From assembly GCA_040752415.1 (NCBI GenBank), contig JBFMGU010000080.1:1-39477 (forward strand): a stretch of DNA of 39,477 nt, in the 5' to 3' direction. The notes below the pieces were generated by a model. It had not been told where the DNA came from and made no database searches. It saw only the letters and a list, made by a program, of their open reading frames with translations. Within the stretch, counting starts at the first letter, position 1, and every line of letters begins with the position of its first letter. This stretch comes from Myxococcota bacterium. GTDB lineage: Bacteria > Myxococcota > JACRCW01. The translations under genes and the position numbers were made by a program. Positions 7,989 to 17,736 of the stretch are shown piece by piece.

Positions 7989-10214
7989 ATGAAGCGACTC
8001 TGCGCCGTGTTGTCTCTGATGTGGGTCAGCATGAACGCCAGCGTGGCGACGGCGGAGGAAGCCAGCTTCCACGCGCCGAAGCACCTGGTTCCGGGTCGGG
8101 GGATCCTGAAGCTGCGCGGCATTGAACCGGAGCGTCTCGCCATCGACGCCGAGCAGGTGGCGGCGTTGCAGGCCATCGAGAAGCGGGTGGGCGCGCGCAT
8201 CATCCCCGTCCGTCCCATGCAGCTGGGCTGGGGCCTGTACGAAATCCACGACGTCACCCACGGCGACAAGGTCCTGGATGAAGCCGCCACCATGGCGCTG
8301 CTCACGCGCATGGCGTCGGACCCATTCGTGCTCGGTGCGGTGGAGGACCGGTGGTACCGCCGCATGGCCGTGCCCAATGACCCCTACTACAGCCAGATGT
8401 GGCACCTCACCGCGCTGGGCATGGCGGATTCCTGGGACATCACGCAGGGCAGCACCACGCAGCGCATTGGCGTCGTCGACACCGGCACGCTGCGCGCCCA
8501 CGAGGACCTCGTCGACAAGGACCTGGCGGGCTACGACTTCATCTCGGATCGCAGCACCGCCGCGGATGGCTCGGGTCGGGATTCCAACTGGAATGATCCC
8601 GGTGACGCCGCGAACTGTGGCGCCGGCTGGGAGGAGAGCAGCTTCCACGGCACGCACGTGGCGGCCACGATCCTGGCTTCCGCCAACAATGGCGTCGGGA
8701 TTCCCGGCATCAACTGGAACGCCAAGCTGGTGACGGCGCGCGTGCTCGGTCGGTGCGGTGGCTCGCTCTCCGACATCGGCGAGGCCGCGTACTGGCTCGC
8801 GGGTGGCTCGGTGGCCAACGTGCCGGACATTGGCGCCAACAAGGTCAGCGTCATCAACGTCAGCCTCGGCGGTGAGGGCGCGTGCAGCGCGTATGAGCGC
8901 GAGATCATCGACTACGCGAACAGCCAGGGCGTCATCTACGTGGCCGCGGCGGGCAACGAGGGCGGAGCGGTGGGCAGCCCGGGCAACTGCAGCGGCGTGA
9001 TCACGGTGGCGGCGCACGGTCCAGGCAGCAGCCGCAGGTTGGCCTCGTATTCCAACTTCGGCAGCACGGTGGAGATCGTGGCGCCGGGTGGGGCCATCAC
9101 CACGTCGGACAGCCAGGGCATCCTCTCCGCGGTGGGCCCGGACTCCGACGGGTACACCTGGATGGAAGGCACCTCCATGGCCACTCCGCACGTCGTGGGC
9201 GCGGTGTCGTTGATGTTGGCGGTGGATCCCACGCTGACGCGCGATGACATCGTGTCACTGATGCAGACGCATGGCGTGAGCTGCACCAACTGCCAGGGCA
9301 AGAAGGCGTTGAAGCTGAGCGCGGTGCTGCAGGCCTTGGGTGCTCCCGTGGTGGATCCCGACCCACCGCCGAGCAACACCTCTCCCGAGGACAGCTACGA
9401 GGAGAACGACACGTTCGAGACCGCGCGCTCCATCAACTGCGGCGCGGACCTCCCGCTGTTCATGGCGCCCTCCGAGATGGACTGGTTCTCCGTGGCGGTG
9501 CCCGCGGGCCAGACGCTGACCGCCGTCATCGACGCCGAGACGACCGGCCAGGACATCGACCTCTACGTGTCCCGCGCCGCGGGAGCGTCGGGTGTGCTGG
9601 GCTCGTCGGAGTCCACCACCGGGCATGAGCGCGTGCAGGTGGTGTCGACGGGTGGAACGCTCCGGGTGGGCGTGAATTCCTACCAGGGCGCCACCAGCCG
9701 CTACCGCCTCCAGGTCACGTGCGAACCCACCACGCAGGAATCCGCGGAGGTGGATCCCGTCGATGGGAACTTCGAGAAGGCTCCCGACGACGACACGGCC
9801 GAACCCAACAACGACCGCCCCACCGCCACGCGCATGTCCTGTGGCCGCGGCGGGACGTTCATCTCCCGCGACGTCGACGTGTTCGCCATCCGGATGGAGC
9901 AGGGTCACACGCTGCGGGTGACCTCTTCCGCGGACCAGGCGCGCCAGCTGGAGCTGCTCGACGAGGAGGGCGGCTTCCTGGGCGTGACCGAGATGGCTCC
10001 CGGCGAGGACTCCGCCTCCAAGCGCGACCTGCCCGGCGGCTACATCTTCCTGCGCGTCACCACCGCCAACGGCGACGGCGCGGAGTACACGCTGCAACTG
10101 GACTGCGCCGCGCCGGAGGCGAACGAAGGAGTGACGTCGGGTTGTTCCCAGTCCTCGCCGCTGCCCGCTCCGCTCCTCGCCCTGGCGCTGCTGCTGCTCC
10201 GGCGTCGGCGGTGA
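7989..10214 (+). CDS. Secreted S8 (subtilisin-like) serine protease with PPC-like domains and MYXO-CTERM-like anchor
   Basis: Signal peptide MKRLCAVL. Catalytic triad VVDTG, FHGTHVA, GTSMATPHV and oxyanion AAGN. Two D-x-x-E-x-N-[DN]-led PPC-like modules. C-terminus GCSQSSPLPAPLLALALLLLRRRR. Confidence 0.93.
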   Translation: MKRLCAVLSLMWVSMNASVATAEEASFHAPKHLVPGRGILKLRGIEPERLAIDAEQVAALQAIEKRVGARIIPVRPMQLGWGLYEIHDVTHGDKVLDEAATMALLTRMASDPFVLGAVEDRWYRRMAVPNDPYYSQMWHLTALGMADSWDITQGSTTQRIGVVDTGTLRAHEDLVDKDLAGYDFISDRSTAADGSGRDSNWNDPGDAANCGAGWEESSFHGTHVAATILASANNGVGIPGINWNAKLVTARVLGRCGGSLSDIGEAAYWLAGGSVANVPDIGANKVSVINVSLGGEGACSAYEREIIDYANSQGVIYVAAAGNEGGAVGSPGNCSGVITVAAHGPGSSRRLASYSNFGSTVEIVAPGGAITTSDSQGILSAVGPDSDGYTWMEGTSMATPHVVGAVSLMLAVDPTLTRDDIVSLMQTHGVSCTNCQGKKALKLSAVLQALGAPVVDPDPPPSNTSPEDSYEENDTFETARSINCGADLPLFMAPSEMDWFSVAVPAGQTLTAVIDAETTGQDIDLYVSRAAGASGVLGSSESTTGHERVQVVSTGGTLRVGVNSYQGATSRYRLQVTCEPTTQESAEVDPVDGNFEKAPDDDTAEPNNDRPTATRMSCGRGGTFISRDVDVFAIRMEQGHTLRVTSSADQARQLELLDEEGGFLGVTEMAPGEDSASKRDLPGGYIFLRVTTANGDGAEYTLQLDCAAPEANEGVTSGCSQSSPLPAPLLALALLLLRRRR

Positions 10215-10673
10215 TCAGAGCTCGGGCTCTTCCTCGTCGATGTCCTCGTCCTCTTCGGGCTGGTTGAGCCAGCATTCCTCGTTGGTGCAGCTGGGCTGCT
10301 TGCGGCTGAGCTCGCTGTGACACTCCGAGCAGAACAGCTTCTTGCAGTCCTTGCACTCTCCGACGGTGGGATCCTCGACGCCCGGCTCGTCCGTCAGGCT
10401 GCGGGTGGACTCGCTGTCGCAGAACGGGCACGGGCCAATGAACATGGCGTCGACGAACTCCTCCGCCGATTCCGTCTTCTCCGCCAGCGCGACGATCTGC
10501 TGGATGTCCTCCTTGCTGAACCCGGATGCCCCCAGGGCACGGAAGAACTGACCCAACGCATCCTCGGACCGGCCCTCCTCCACCGCCTTGGTCAAGCGCG
10601 CCAGGGTGACGTCATCGACCTCGACCCCGGCATCTTCCAACAACTTCTGGACTTCCTGCTTTGCTGACGACAT
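10215..10673 (-). CDS. Hypothetical acidic protein with four Cys pairs (putative double zinc-binding domain)
   Basis: CPFC, CKDC, CSEC and CTNEEC followed by an acidic tail. GAGGAG SD upstream and 23 bp downstream of the GH31 gene on the same strand. Confidence 0.75.
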   Translation of the reverse strand: MSSAKQEVQKLLEDAGVEVDDVTLARLTKAVEEGRSEDALGQFFRALGASGFSKEDIQQIVALAEKTESAEEFVDAMFIGPCPFCDSESTRSLTDEPGVEDPTVGECKDCKKLFCSECHSELSRKQPSCTNEECWLNQPEEDEDIDEEEPEL

Positions 10674-10696
10674 GAGCTCCTCGATTGCTTAGCCGG

Positions 10697-13192
10697 TCAC
10701 GGCTCCGCGGTGATGATGGGGTAATCTCCGGGCTGTACCTTCACCCACAATGTCCGGGTTGCCTCGTCGTAGCGCCAGCCCTCCGTGGCGGACTCCACGT
10801 CGGTCACCTCGGGCAGCGAGTTGTCGGTGAGCACCCGGCTTGGCCGGTCCATGGGCACCAGTTCCAGCACGACGGCGCCGTTGAACGTGGTTCCCGGGTG
10901 AAGCGCCACGTTTTCGGCGGGCCCGCCCATCTTCGTGCGTGTGATCCGGGTGCCGTCGTACAGCGTGAAGTCCGCGCCCTCCGTGCCCAGCACCAGGCGC
11001 ACGTACAACACGCCGGGGTCGTCGGCGTAGGACTCCACGTTCTCGTCGGTGGCGGGCGCGATGGTGTCGATGGTGGGACGCAACATGGGGATGATGGCGC
11101 CAGCACGAACGAAGAGCGGGAGCTTGCTCAGCGGCGCGGCCACCTCCGCGTTTCCCTCGTGGAAGGTGCCGTCCCACCAGTCCATCCATTGCCCGGCGGA
11201 GAAGGTCACGCTGCGCGACGTGGCACCGCGCGTCACCACCGGCGCAACGAGCAAATCGTCGCCGAACAGGTAGATGTCATTGGGATGCACGCCCAGCTCG
11301 GGATGTGCGAGGCCGAGCGAGCGAGTGATGGGCCGGCCGGTCTGCGCAATCTGCTGCGCGTAGGTCCATTCATACGGGAAGAGGCGCATGTGCAGCCGCG
11401 CGTAGACCCGGTAGATGTCCAGCGCCTCCTGGTCGCGGCCGTTTTCCGTCGTGAAGACCCACGGCGGCTGGCTGGAGCTGTCGCCCACCTGCATCACCGA
11501 GGAGAGCGCGGTCTGCTGCGCCCAGCGGATGAACAGCTCCTTGTCGGGTGGGCTGTGCAGGTAGCCGCCGGTGTCCGCGCCAAAGAACGGAAACCCCGAC
11601 GGGCCCAGCGTCAATCCCATGATCACCGTCGCGGGCAGGCCGCCCACGCCCACGATCTCCTCGCCATCACGGCTGGTGAACACCTCCTTCCGACGGGTGA
11701 ACGTGGCATCCATGTCGCCGGGCCACACCACGCTCACGTTGACCTGGTCACCCCAACGCCCCGCACGACACAGCAGGAAGCTCCCCGACTCCGGCAGCGT
11801 CTCGGCGTACACGCGGTGATAGAGCCGGGTGTAGTCGTAGTGCATGGTGCGTTCGGTGCTGCCGTCGTGGAAACGCCACACGTTGCGACTGTTGTACAGC
11901 GAAGGCACCACGTCCTCGGCGAAGTCGAGCTTGAAGCCCTCGATGCCCATGGTCGTGTAGCGACGGATGAGGTCCTGCCACCACGCGTACGCCTCGGGGT
12001 TCGTGAAGTCGATGGGGTCGGACCAGCCGTTGAGGCGCACCGCGCTCTGCGGTGGGAAGAAGCCGCGTGACTCCGCCTCATTCCGCAGCGGCTGCGCTCC
12101 GTTCTCGAGATACGGCGTGTGCCACAGTGAAACGCGCAGTCCCGCCGCGTGCGCGCGATCGATCATCGCCTGCGGGTCGGTGAACTTGGCGGGGTCGAAG
12201 TCGAAGGTGTTGACGGCGGAAGCGTAGGGACGGTCAATCCAGATGCCGCTGGTGGCGAGGTCGAGGTCACGGATCTGGCGGATGTCGTCTTCCACTTCGG
12301 CCTGGTCGCGGCTCTCGTCGCGCCAGATGAGCGGGCCCAGGGCCCAGGGCGCGGGGAGGCGCGGGTAGCCGGTGATGTCGTAGTAGTGCTGGGTGATGTC
12401 CAGCGGGTGGTCCTCGCCAAACAGCCAGAAGCGCAGTCCCTCGTTGCTCTGCTCCGCCGTGCCGTAGGTCACCTCGACGGTGACGGGGTCCTGTCGCGCC
12501 ACATCGAAGACGCCCAGCCGCTTGCTCTGCACGAAGAGGCCCCAGCCGCGCGTGCCAATGAGCAGCGGAATGGGGAAGTGGTTCTCGTTGTACGAGCTTT
12601 CCACCGCCTCCACCTCGATCTGCATGGGCCGGAGCTTGCCGCGGTGGTTGACGTCGTCGGTCCACTCGCCGAGGCCGTAGAAGCCCTCGGTGGAATCCGC
12701 GCGCGGCCGGATGCGCATCCAGGCGATGACGCCGCCCACCATCTCCGTCGGCACCCAGTCGACCTTGAAGCGGCCGTCCGCTTCCGCGGTGATGGTGACG
12801 CGCGTCTTGGTCCCGCTGGTGAAAGCGAGCATCAGCTCGAGGGAGCTCTCTGTCTGCGACGTCACAGAGGATTCCTTCACCGTCTCCCACACGAGGTCGA
12901 CGGGCGGCGCGGGATTGAGCGGGTCATCGGGGACGGCGAGCCAGTAGGGGTCGTAGCTGAGCGCGTTGTCCAGCTCGATGACGGTGCCGAGCTGGAAGGC
13001 GTCGGTGGGAAATGCCAGCAGGCTCTCGCCATTGGCGCGACGGAAGTGGATGTTCCCGTCGGAGAACTCGAGCTTGTACTCGCCGTACGGGAGCTGGAGT
13101 GTGGTGGGCGGGACCTGGTCCGGCGGCGGGTTGCAGTCCGGACAGCCGGACACCATGCCGAGGAGGAACACCAGCAGTTGCACGCGCTTCAT
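10697..13192 (-). CDS. Glycoside hydrolase family 31 lipoprotein (alpha-glucosidase/alpha-xylosidase-like)
   Basis: FYGLGE, nucleophile motif GFKLDFAE, acid/base VWPGD, GADTGGY, ELFIRWAQ and YLFGDDLLVAPV. Lipobox-like VSGC after MKRVQLLVFLLG. Confidence 0.9.
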   Translation of the reverse strand: MKRVQLLVFLLGMVSGCPDCNPPPDQVPPTTLQLPYGEYKLEFSDGNIHFRRANGESLLAFPTDAFQLGTVIELDNALSYDPYWLAVPDDPLNPAPPVDLVWETVKESSVTSQTESSLELMLAFTSGTKTRVTITAEADGRFKVDWVPTEMVGGVIAWMRIRPRADSTEGFYGLGEWTDDVNHRGKLRPMQIEVEAVESSYNENHFPIPLLIGTRGWGLFVQSKRLGVFDVARQDPVTVEVTYGTAEQSNEGLRFWLFGEDHPLDITQHYYDITGYPRLPAPWALGPLIWRDESRDQAEVEDDIRQIRDLDLATSGIWIDRPYASAVNTFDFDPAKFTDPQAMIDRAHAAGLRVSLWHTPYLENGAQPLRNEAESRGFFPPQSAVRLNGWSDPIDFTNPEAYAWWQDLIRRYTTMGIEGFKLDFAEDVVPSLYNSRNVWRFHDGSTERTMHYDYTRLYHRVYAETLPESGSFLLCRAGRWGDQVNVSVVWPGDMDATFTRRKEVFTSRDGEEIVGVGGLPATVIMGLTLGPSGFPFFGADTGGYLHSPPDKELFIRWAQQTALSSVMQVGDSSSQPPWVFTTENGRDQEALDIYRVYARLHMRLFPYEWTYAQQIAQTGRPITRSLGLAHPELGVHPNDIYLFGDDLLVAPVVTRGATSRSVTFSAGQWMDWWDGTFHEGNAEVAAPLSKLPLFVRAGAIIPMLRPTIDTIAPATDENVESYADDPGVLYVRLVLGTEGADFTLYDGTRITRTKMGGPAENVALHPGTTFNGAVVLELVPMDRPSRVLTDNSLPEVTDVESATEGWRYDEATRTLWVKVQPGDYPIITAEP

Positions 13193-13829
13193 GACCCGCG
13201 CGTCTATTCCCGAGTTTTCCGCGCTCCGCAACCCCTCACGCGCGGCCGACGGATGGCATCTGAGTCACCGGCAAATACCGATCCCGCCGTCTTCGTCATC
13301 TACGCACTGCGATTGACGCAACGATCGAGAACTGGCTGGTCATGAGGAATGACGTCGACATGTGCTACCTGATTTCCGCCAGCACGCGACCGGACGAGCA
13401 GAACGGCACCCGGGAAGAGCTCAGGGCCGCGGTGCGGCAGATTGAGTTGTTGGAGCCCGCACCCAGGTGAACGGCTGCGAGTTGAGGCGCGGAATCATCC
13501 GGCGAACGCGCCAACTCCTCCGGCTTGACGACGAGGACCAAGGGACGCCCGCTCTGGTGCCGGCAGCCAAACCGCCAGGTTGTGGCGTGGCGACGGCGGG
13601 TCCACGTTTCGCATCAAGGACGATAGGTTGCGGACTGAGCTTCCCAGTGCTCCTACGTCGCTGCGAACTTCGCCGCATCCGGAAGCTGCAACAAGCCACT
13701 GACTTCTTGTCGTCTCCTGCCTGTCGAGGGAGTGCAGGTCGTAAGCCTTGTTCTTCCGACCCAGGCGCCCGTCCTGTCCGTAACCCGGCGGTGATGGCGA
13801 CGCGCGTCGTTGTCCCGCAGGTGAAGGTC

Positions 13830-15041
13830 TCAACCACTCGCGATGGAACGACGCCACGCGTCTTCCAGCGTCCGGATCGCGTCAACCATGGCAACCGCGG
13901 AGCAATGGCCCTTCTCGTCGGTGCGAATCAGGAAAAGCTCCTTGAGCTTGCGCAGCGCGTCGTCACTCTCGAAGTCCACCGAGTAACCATGATCCGCGAG
14001 CCAGTCCTGCACCGCCTCATCCAGCGCCTTCTCCGTGCTGGCGCCGCTCACGCGCAGGAAGTGATACGCCAGCAACGCTTCCTTGCTCTCCTCCTCCTCG
14101 GCGGCGTCGTTGAGGACGTGGAAGACGCCCGCGTTGGTGGCCAGTGAGCGGAAATACAAGGAGTGCGTGATCTCGCTGAGGAACTCCCGCACCTGCGCGC
14201 GGTAGTTGGACCACGTCTTGTAGATGTACCCCGCCAACGCCACCACGACGGCGAACAGCGTGGCGCTCATGGACCCGCTGAGCGGGCTCTCTCCGCGCAG
14301 CATGGGCCCCACCACCCACTGGTGCACCAGGATCCCCACCCCGGTGACGAGGGGAATGGCGATCTTCAGCTTGTGCAACGGCTTCATGCGCGGCCGGGGA
14401 TTGGGGAACAGGATCTCCAGGTCCGCCTTGGGCACGTTCTTGAGGAGCTTCAGGTACAGCTTTCCCGGCACGCCGGTGCGCGTGGGCCAGAGGCGCTGCC
14501 AGAGCCGGCCCAGCGTCGTCGTGGGCTCGACGGGTGGGCGGAAGCGCAGCAGCATGAACACCATGCGGTAGGTGTCAAAGCGCAGCTCACGCTCCACCAT
14601 GCCCAGGCTGCGGGTGCGCAGCACGTCGTGGGACTCGCCCAGCGCGAAGACCCGCGCCAGCTCCAGCGCGTGGAAGTCCACCTCGCAGCTCACCGGGAAG
14701 ATGCCCTCACCCAGGACGCTGCGGTGCACCTCCGCCTCCGGGATCTCCACGTAGTTCCCGTCGCGCAGCACGGCCTCCAGCGTGGTGAGGAAGGTTTTCG
14801 CGTCGGGTGGGAGGTTGGTGTCGGCGGCGTCGGGGTTGAAGGGCGCGTAGGCGCGCTTGAGCGTTTCCAGCCGGGCGTGGAAGCGCGCGTGGTAGTGCGC
14901 GGTCAAGAGCGCGCTGAAGCGACGGAGCGCCTCCGCCTCCGCCGGGAACGCCGCGCACAACAGCTCCAGCAGCGAGGCGCGCGAAAACGGCAGATGGTGC
15001 AGGAGGGCAGCGTTCCGGTTGCGGGTATCCACGACGACCAC
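13830..15041 (-). CDS. DUF3754 (TMEM143-like) membrane protein
   Basis: YLKLLKNVPKADLEILFP, two TM segments, LYFRSLATNAGV and AEEEESKEALLAY, which I recognise as DUF3754-type. Exact start uncertain. Confidence 0.75.
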   Translation of the reverse strand: MVVVDTRNRNAALLHHLPFSRASLLELLCAAFPAEAEALRRFSALLTAHYHARFHARLETLKRAYAPFNPDAADTNLPPDAKTFLTTLEAVLRDGNYVEIPEAEVHRSVLGEGIFPVSCEVDFHALELARVFALGESHDVLRTRSLGMVERELRFDTYRMVFMLLRFRPPVEPTTTLGRLWQRLWPTRTGVPGKLYLKLLKNVPKADLEILFPNPRPRMKPLHKLKIAIPLVTGVGILVHQWVVGPMLRGESPLSGSMSATLFAVVVALAGYIYKTWSNYRAQVREFLSEITHSLYFRSLATNAGVFHVLNDAAEEEESKEALLAYHFLRVSGASTEKALDEAVQDWLADHGYSVDFESDDALRKLKELFLIRTDEKGHCSAVAMVDAIRTLEDAWRRSIASG

Positions 15042-15099
15042 CTGTGACTTTCCGCCGGCCCGTTGCGTCCCACCCTCGTCAGCCGCTACCTTGCCGCGC

Positions 15100-16311
15100 G
15101 TGGAACTCCGACACCGCCAACCCTACAACAAGGCCTTCAACCAAGCCCTCTTTGAGCGCTTCCGCACGCTGCTCAGCGCCGAGGTGGGACCCGTCCCCTT
15201 CCGCCTGGCGGAGACGCCGCTGTTCATCAGCCGTGAGCTGCGCGACCTCCTCGCCCGCAACGCGGTGGAGATCGTGGGGCGGCTGAGCGAGCCGCAGACG
15301 CTCAAGAAGCTGAAGGCGGCCATCCCCGGCAGGTACGCGGTTCCCGGCATGGACGCGCTGCCCAACTGCGTGCAGGTGGACTTTGCGCTGTGCCCCGCGC
15401 CTGGCGGCGGATTGATGGGCCAGGTGGTGGAGCTGCAGGCGTTCCCCTCGCTGTACGCGTTGATGGAGTTCAAGACGCGCGCGTGGAACCAGGTGCTGGC
15501 CGACGTGCCGGAGCTCAAGAAGGAATGGAGCTGCTACGCGGGCCTGGATGACGACGAGGCGCGACGGCGCATTGGCCGGATGATCGTGGGCGGGGAGGAT
15601 CCCGAGCACGTGGCGCTGGTGGACATCACGCCGGAGAAGCAGAAGACCAGCCCGGACTTCGAGGCCACGCGCAAGCTGTTTGGCGTCGAGAGCGTGTGCG
15701 TCACGAAGATCATCAAGGAGGGTCGCAAGCTGTTCCGGGAGAAGGACGGCAAGCGCATCCCCATCAAGCGCATCTACAACCGCATGGTCTTCGACGAGCT
15801 GGAGGCCAAGCAGGTCACGCCGCCCTGGAACTGGAACGAGGAGCTGGACGTCACCTGGTGCAGCCACCCCAACTGGTACTGGACGTTCTCCAAGTACTCG
15901 CTGCCGGCGGTGGAGCACGCGGCCATTCCCAAGACGTCCTACCTCTCGGACCTCAAGGAGATTCCGCAGGACCTGCACAACTACGTGCTCAAGCCGCTGT
16001 TCTCCTTCGCGGGGACGGGGGTGAAGGTGGACGTGACGCGCGCCGACGTCGACGCGGTGCCCGAGCGCGACCGCCACGCGTTCATCCTGCAGCGCAAGGT
16101 GGAATACGCGCACGCGCTGCAGATGCCGGATGGCACGGGCGTGAAGGCGGAGGTCCGCGTGATGCTGGCGCGCGCCCCCGACGAGACGGCGATCACCCCG
16201 GTGCTGTGCCTGGTGCGCCTCTCCCGCGGGAAGATGATTGGCGTGGACCACAACAAGGATCTCGCCTGGACCGGCGGGACGGTGGGCATCTGGCCGGCGG
16301 ACGGTCGCTGA
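15100..16311 (+). CDS. Hypothetical protein, probable divergent ATP-grasp / glutathionylspermidine-synthase-like ligase
   Basis: QVDF, VELQAFPS, RIYNRMVFDE, HPNW, YVLKPLFSFAGTGV and FILQRKVEY resemble ATP-grasp nucleotide-binding motifs. Strong coding bias starts at GTG 15100. Confidence 0.7.
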   Translation: MELRHRQPYNKAFNQALFERFRTLLSAEVGPVPFRLAETPLFISRELRDLLARNAVEIVGRLSEPQTLKKLKAAIPGRYAVPGMDALPNCVQVDFALCPAPGGGLMGQVVELQAFPSLYALMEFKTRAWNQVLADVPELKKEWSCYAGLDDDEARRRIGRMIVGGEDPEHVALVDITPEKQKTSPDFEATRKLFGVESVCVTKIIKEGRKLFREKDGKRIPIKRIYNRMVFDELEAKQVTPPWNWNEELDVTWCSHPNWYWTFSKYSLPAVEHAAIPKTSYLSDLKEIPQDLHNYVLKPLFSFAGTGVKVDVTRADVDAVPERDRHAFILQRKVEYAHALQMPDGTGVKAEVRVMLARAPDETAITPVLCLVRLSRGKMIGVDHNKDLAWTGGTVGIWPADGR

Positions 16312-16313
16312 GC

Positions 16314-16547
16314 GGCAACGCCCTTGGCTCCCGCCAATGAGATTGGCAGGCAACAGAAAGGGTTACGTCCTGCTCACGACGGGGCCGCGTTGTCGCGTCG
16401 CAGGACTGACCCATTGAAGAACGACCGCGGCCGACGAGGCGGTACTCCCAGTCAGTCCTGCGAGATGCGCCTCGTCGCCGAGCGATGAGCAGGACGTAAC
16501 CCTTCTGTTGCCTGCCAATCTCATTGGCGGGAGCCCAGAGCGTTGCC
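16314..16547. repeat. 234-bp palindromic element with ~63-bp terminal inverted repeats (MITE/REPIN-like)
   Basis: 16314-16376 matches the reverse complement of 16486-16547 with 2 mismatches and 1 indel. Inner 13-bp IR TCGCAGGACTGAC (16398-16410) / GTCAGTCCTGCGA (16451-16463). Confidence 0.9.
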
Positions 16548-16596
16548 CCAAGAGAGCCACACCCAATCCCACCGTCACGGGGAGCCCGGGAGCAGC

Positions 16597-17583
16597 TCAC
16601 TTGCGCGGCCCGGGCTTGGAACGGTGCTCCAGCGTCACCAGGTCCAACCGCACCAGCTTGCGCAGGCACTTCAGCGTCTCCACCTCACGGAACGGCGAGG
16701 CCAGCACCAACGAGCTCACGTCCCAGCGCCCATTGATGCGCCCGGCCACGTCGCGGTCGGTGGAGCTGAGCCGCGCCTGCTGCAACGCCGCGCCATTCTG
16801 CACCTTCACGATGCTGAGCGGGTCCAGCTCCTGGTACAACGCCGCCACGTGCTCGCGCTCGGCCTCCTGCAGCAGGCGACGCACGCGCGCGTCGGTGGGG
16901 TCCGCGGAGAGCAGCGCGCCAAAGACGATGTTGGCCTCGTCAAACTGCCGCTCCCGCAACAGCACGCTGGCCTGGGACAGCAACCGGCCCACCGGGTCAT
17001 CTCCCGGGCTTGCCCCGTCGACGAGCACCAGGCCCATCAGGCGCAGCTCCTCCACGCGTCGCAACAGCGCCGGGCGGGAGAGCCCCAGCTTGAAGCGCGC
17101 CTCCGCCAGCGAGGGCGTGAACGCCGCGGACTGCACCAGCTCCCGCTGCAGCGGAGAGAGGCTGGAGGGAATGGGATTGCCGGTGAGCTCCAGCCGGGCG
17201 GTGTCCACCGGGTAGGCCTTGTCCAGCCGCGGCCACTCGTCCAGGTGGCGCAGGCCCTCCATCACCAGCACGCGGATGGCGATGTCGACGGGGATGCCGG
17301 TCCCGGCGTGATCCCCGGTGGTGACCACCTCAAAGCTGCCCTCCGCGGTCATGAACAGGTCCAGCAGCCGCTCCACCGCGGTGAGGTCCGCGGGCACGCC
17401 CGGCCCCGGCGTGGCACCGGCAATCCCCGGCGGCGGGCACACCTGCAGCACGCGACGGTCCGCCACGCGCAGCCACGTCCGCACGCCGCCCTGGTTGACG
17501 GTGATGGTGGCCTTGATGCCGCCGGCCTCCGCCCACTGCAGGAGGTCCGGCAGGTTCATGGTGGCAAAGTCGCCCGTCAGCAT
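16597..17583 (-). CDS. DUF4388 (PatA-N-like) domain protein with TPR-like and winged-helix-like segments
   Basis: N-terminal LTGDFATMNLPDLLQW, EGSFEV and LVMEGLRHLDEW are typical of myxobacterial DUF4388 proteins. C-terminal RINGRWDVSSLVLASPFREVETL. GGAGG SD. Confidence 0.8.
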   Translation of the reverse strand: MLTGDFATMNLPDLLQWAEAGGIKATITVNQGGVRTWLRVADRRVLQVCPPPGIAGATPGPGVPADLTAVERLLDLFMTAEGSFEVVTTGDHAGTGIPVDIAIRVLVMEGLRHLDEWPRLDKAYPVDTARLELTGNPIPSSLSPLQRELVQSAAFTPSLAEARFKLGLSRPALLRRVEELRLMGLVLVDGASPGDDPVGRLLSQASVLLRERQFDEANIVFGALLSADPTDARVRRLLQEAEREHVAALYQELDPLSIVKVQNGAALQQARLSSTDRDVAGRINGRWDVSSLVLASPFREVETLKCLRKLVRLDLVTLEHRSKPGPRK

Positions 17584-17736
17584 GCCCACCGCCCTCCGAC
17601 GTGGAGATGCCCCGGTGTATTACGCGGATGACGCGTTGGGCAAGACGCGGCTCACGTCGTGGGTGCAGGCAGCGGGACCCACGCGGGGACGTGGGACGGT
17701 TCTTGCCGGCGGGATGAACCGGGGTATGCTCGGGGC

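Noticed and set aside
13421..13894. Minus-strand ORFs of 157 aa and 120 aa in the GH31-DUF3754 gap
   Set aside because: They overlap the DUF3754 3' end, lack the coding bias of neighbouring genes and have no recognisable motifs.
16314..16547. Palindrome as a retron ncRNA or an autonomous IS
   Set aside because: No reverse transcriptase or transposase ORF is in the window, and I found no target-site duplication.
15079..17215. Two opposite-strand ORFs both starting MPANLIGGS (15079-16353 minus, 16508-17215 plus)
   Set aside because: An artefact of the 16314-16547 inverted repeat. Both run antisense to real genes.
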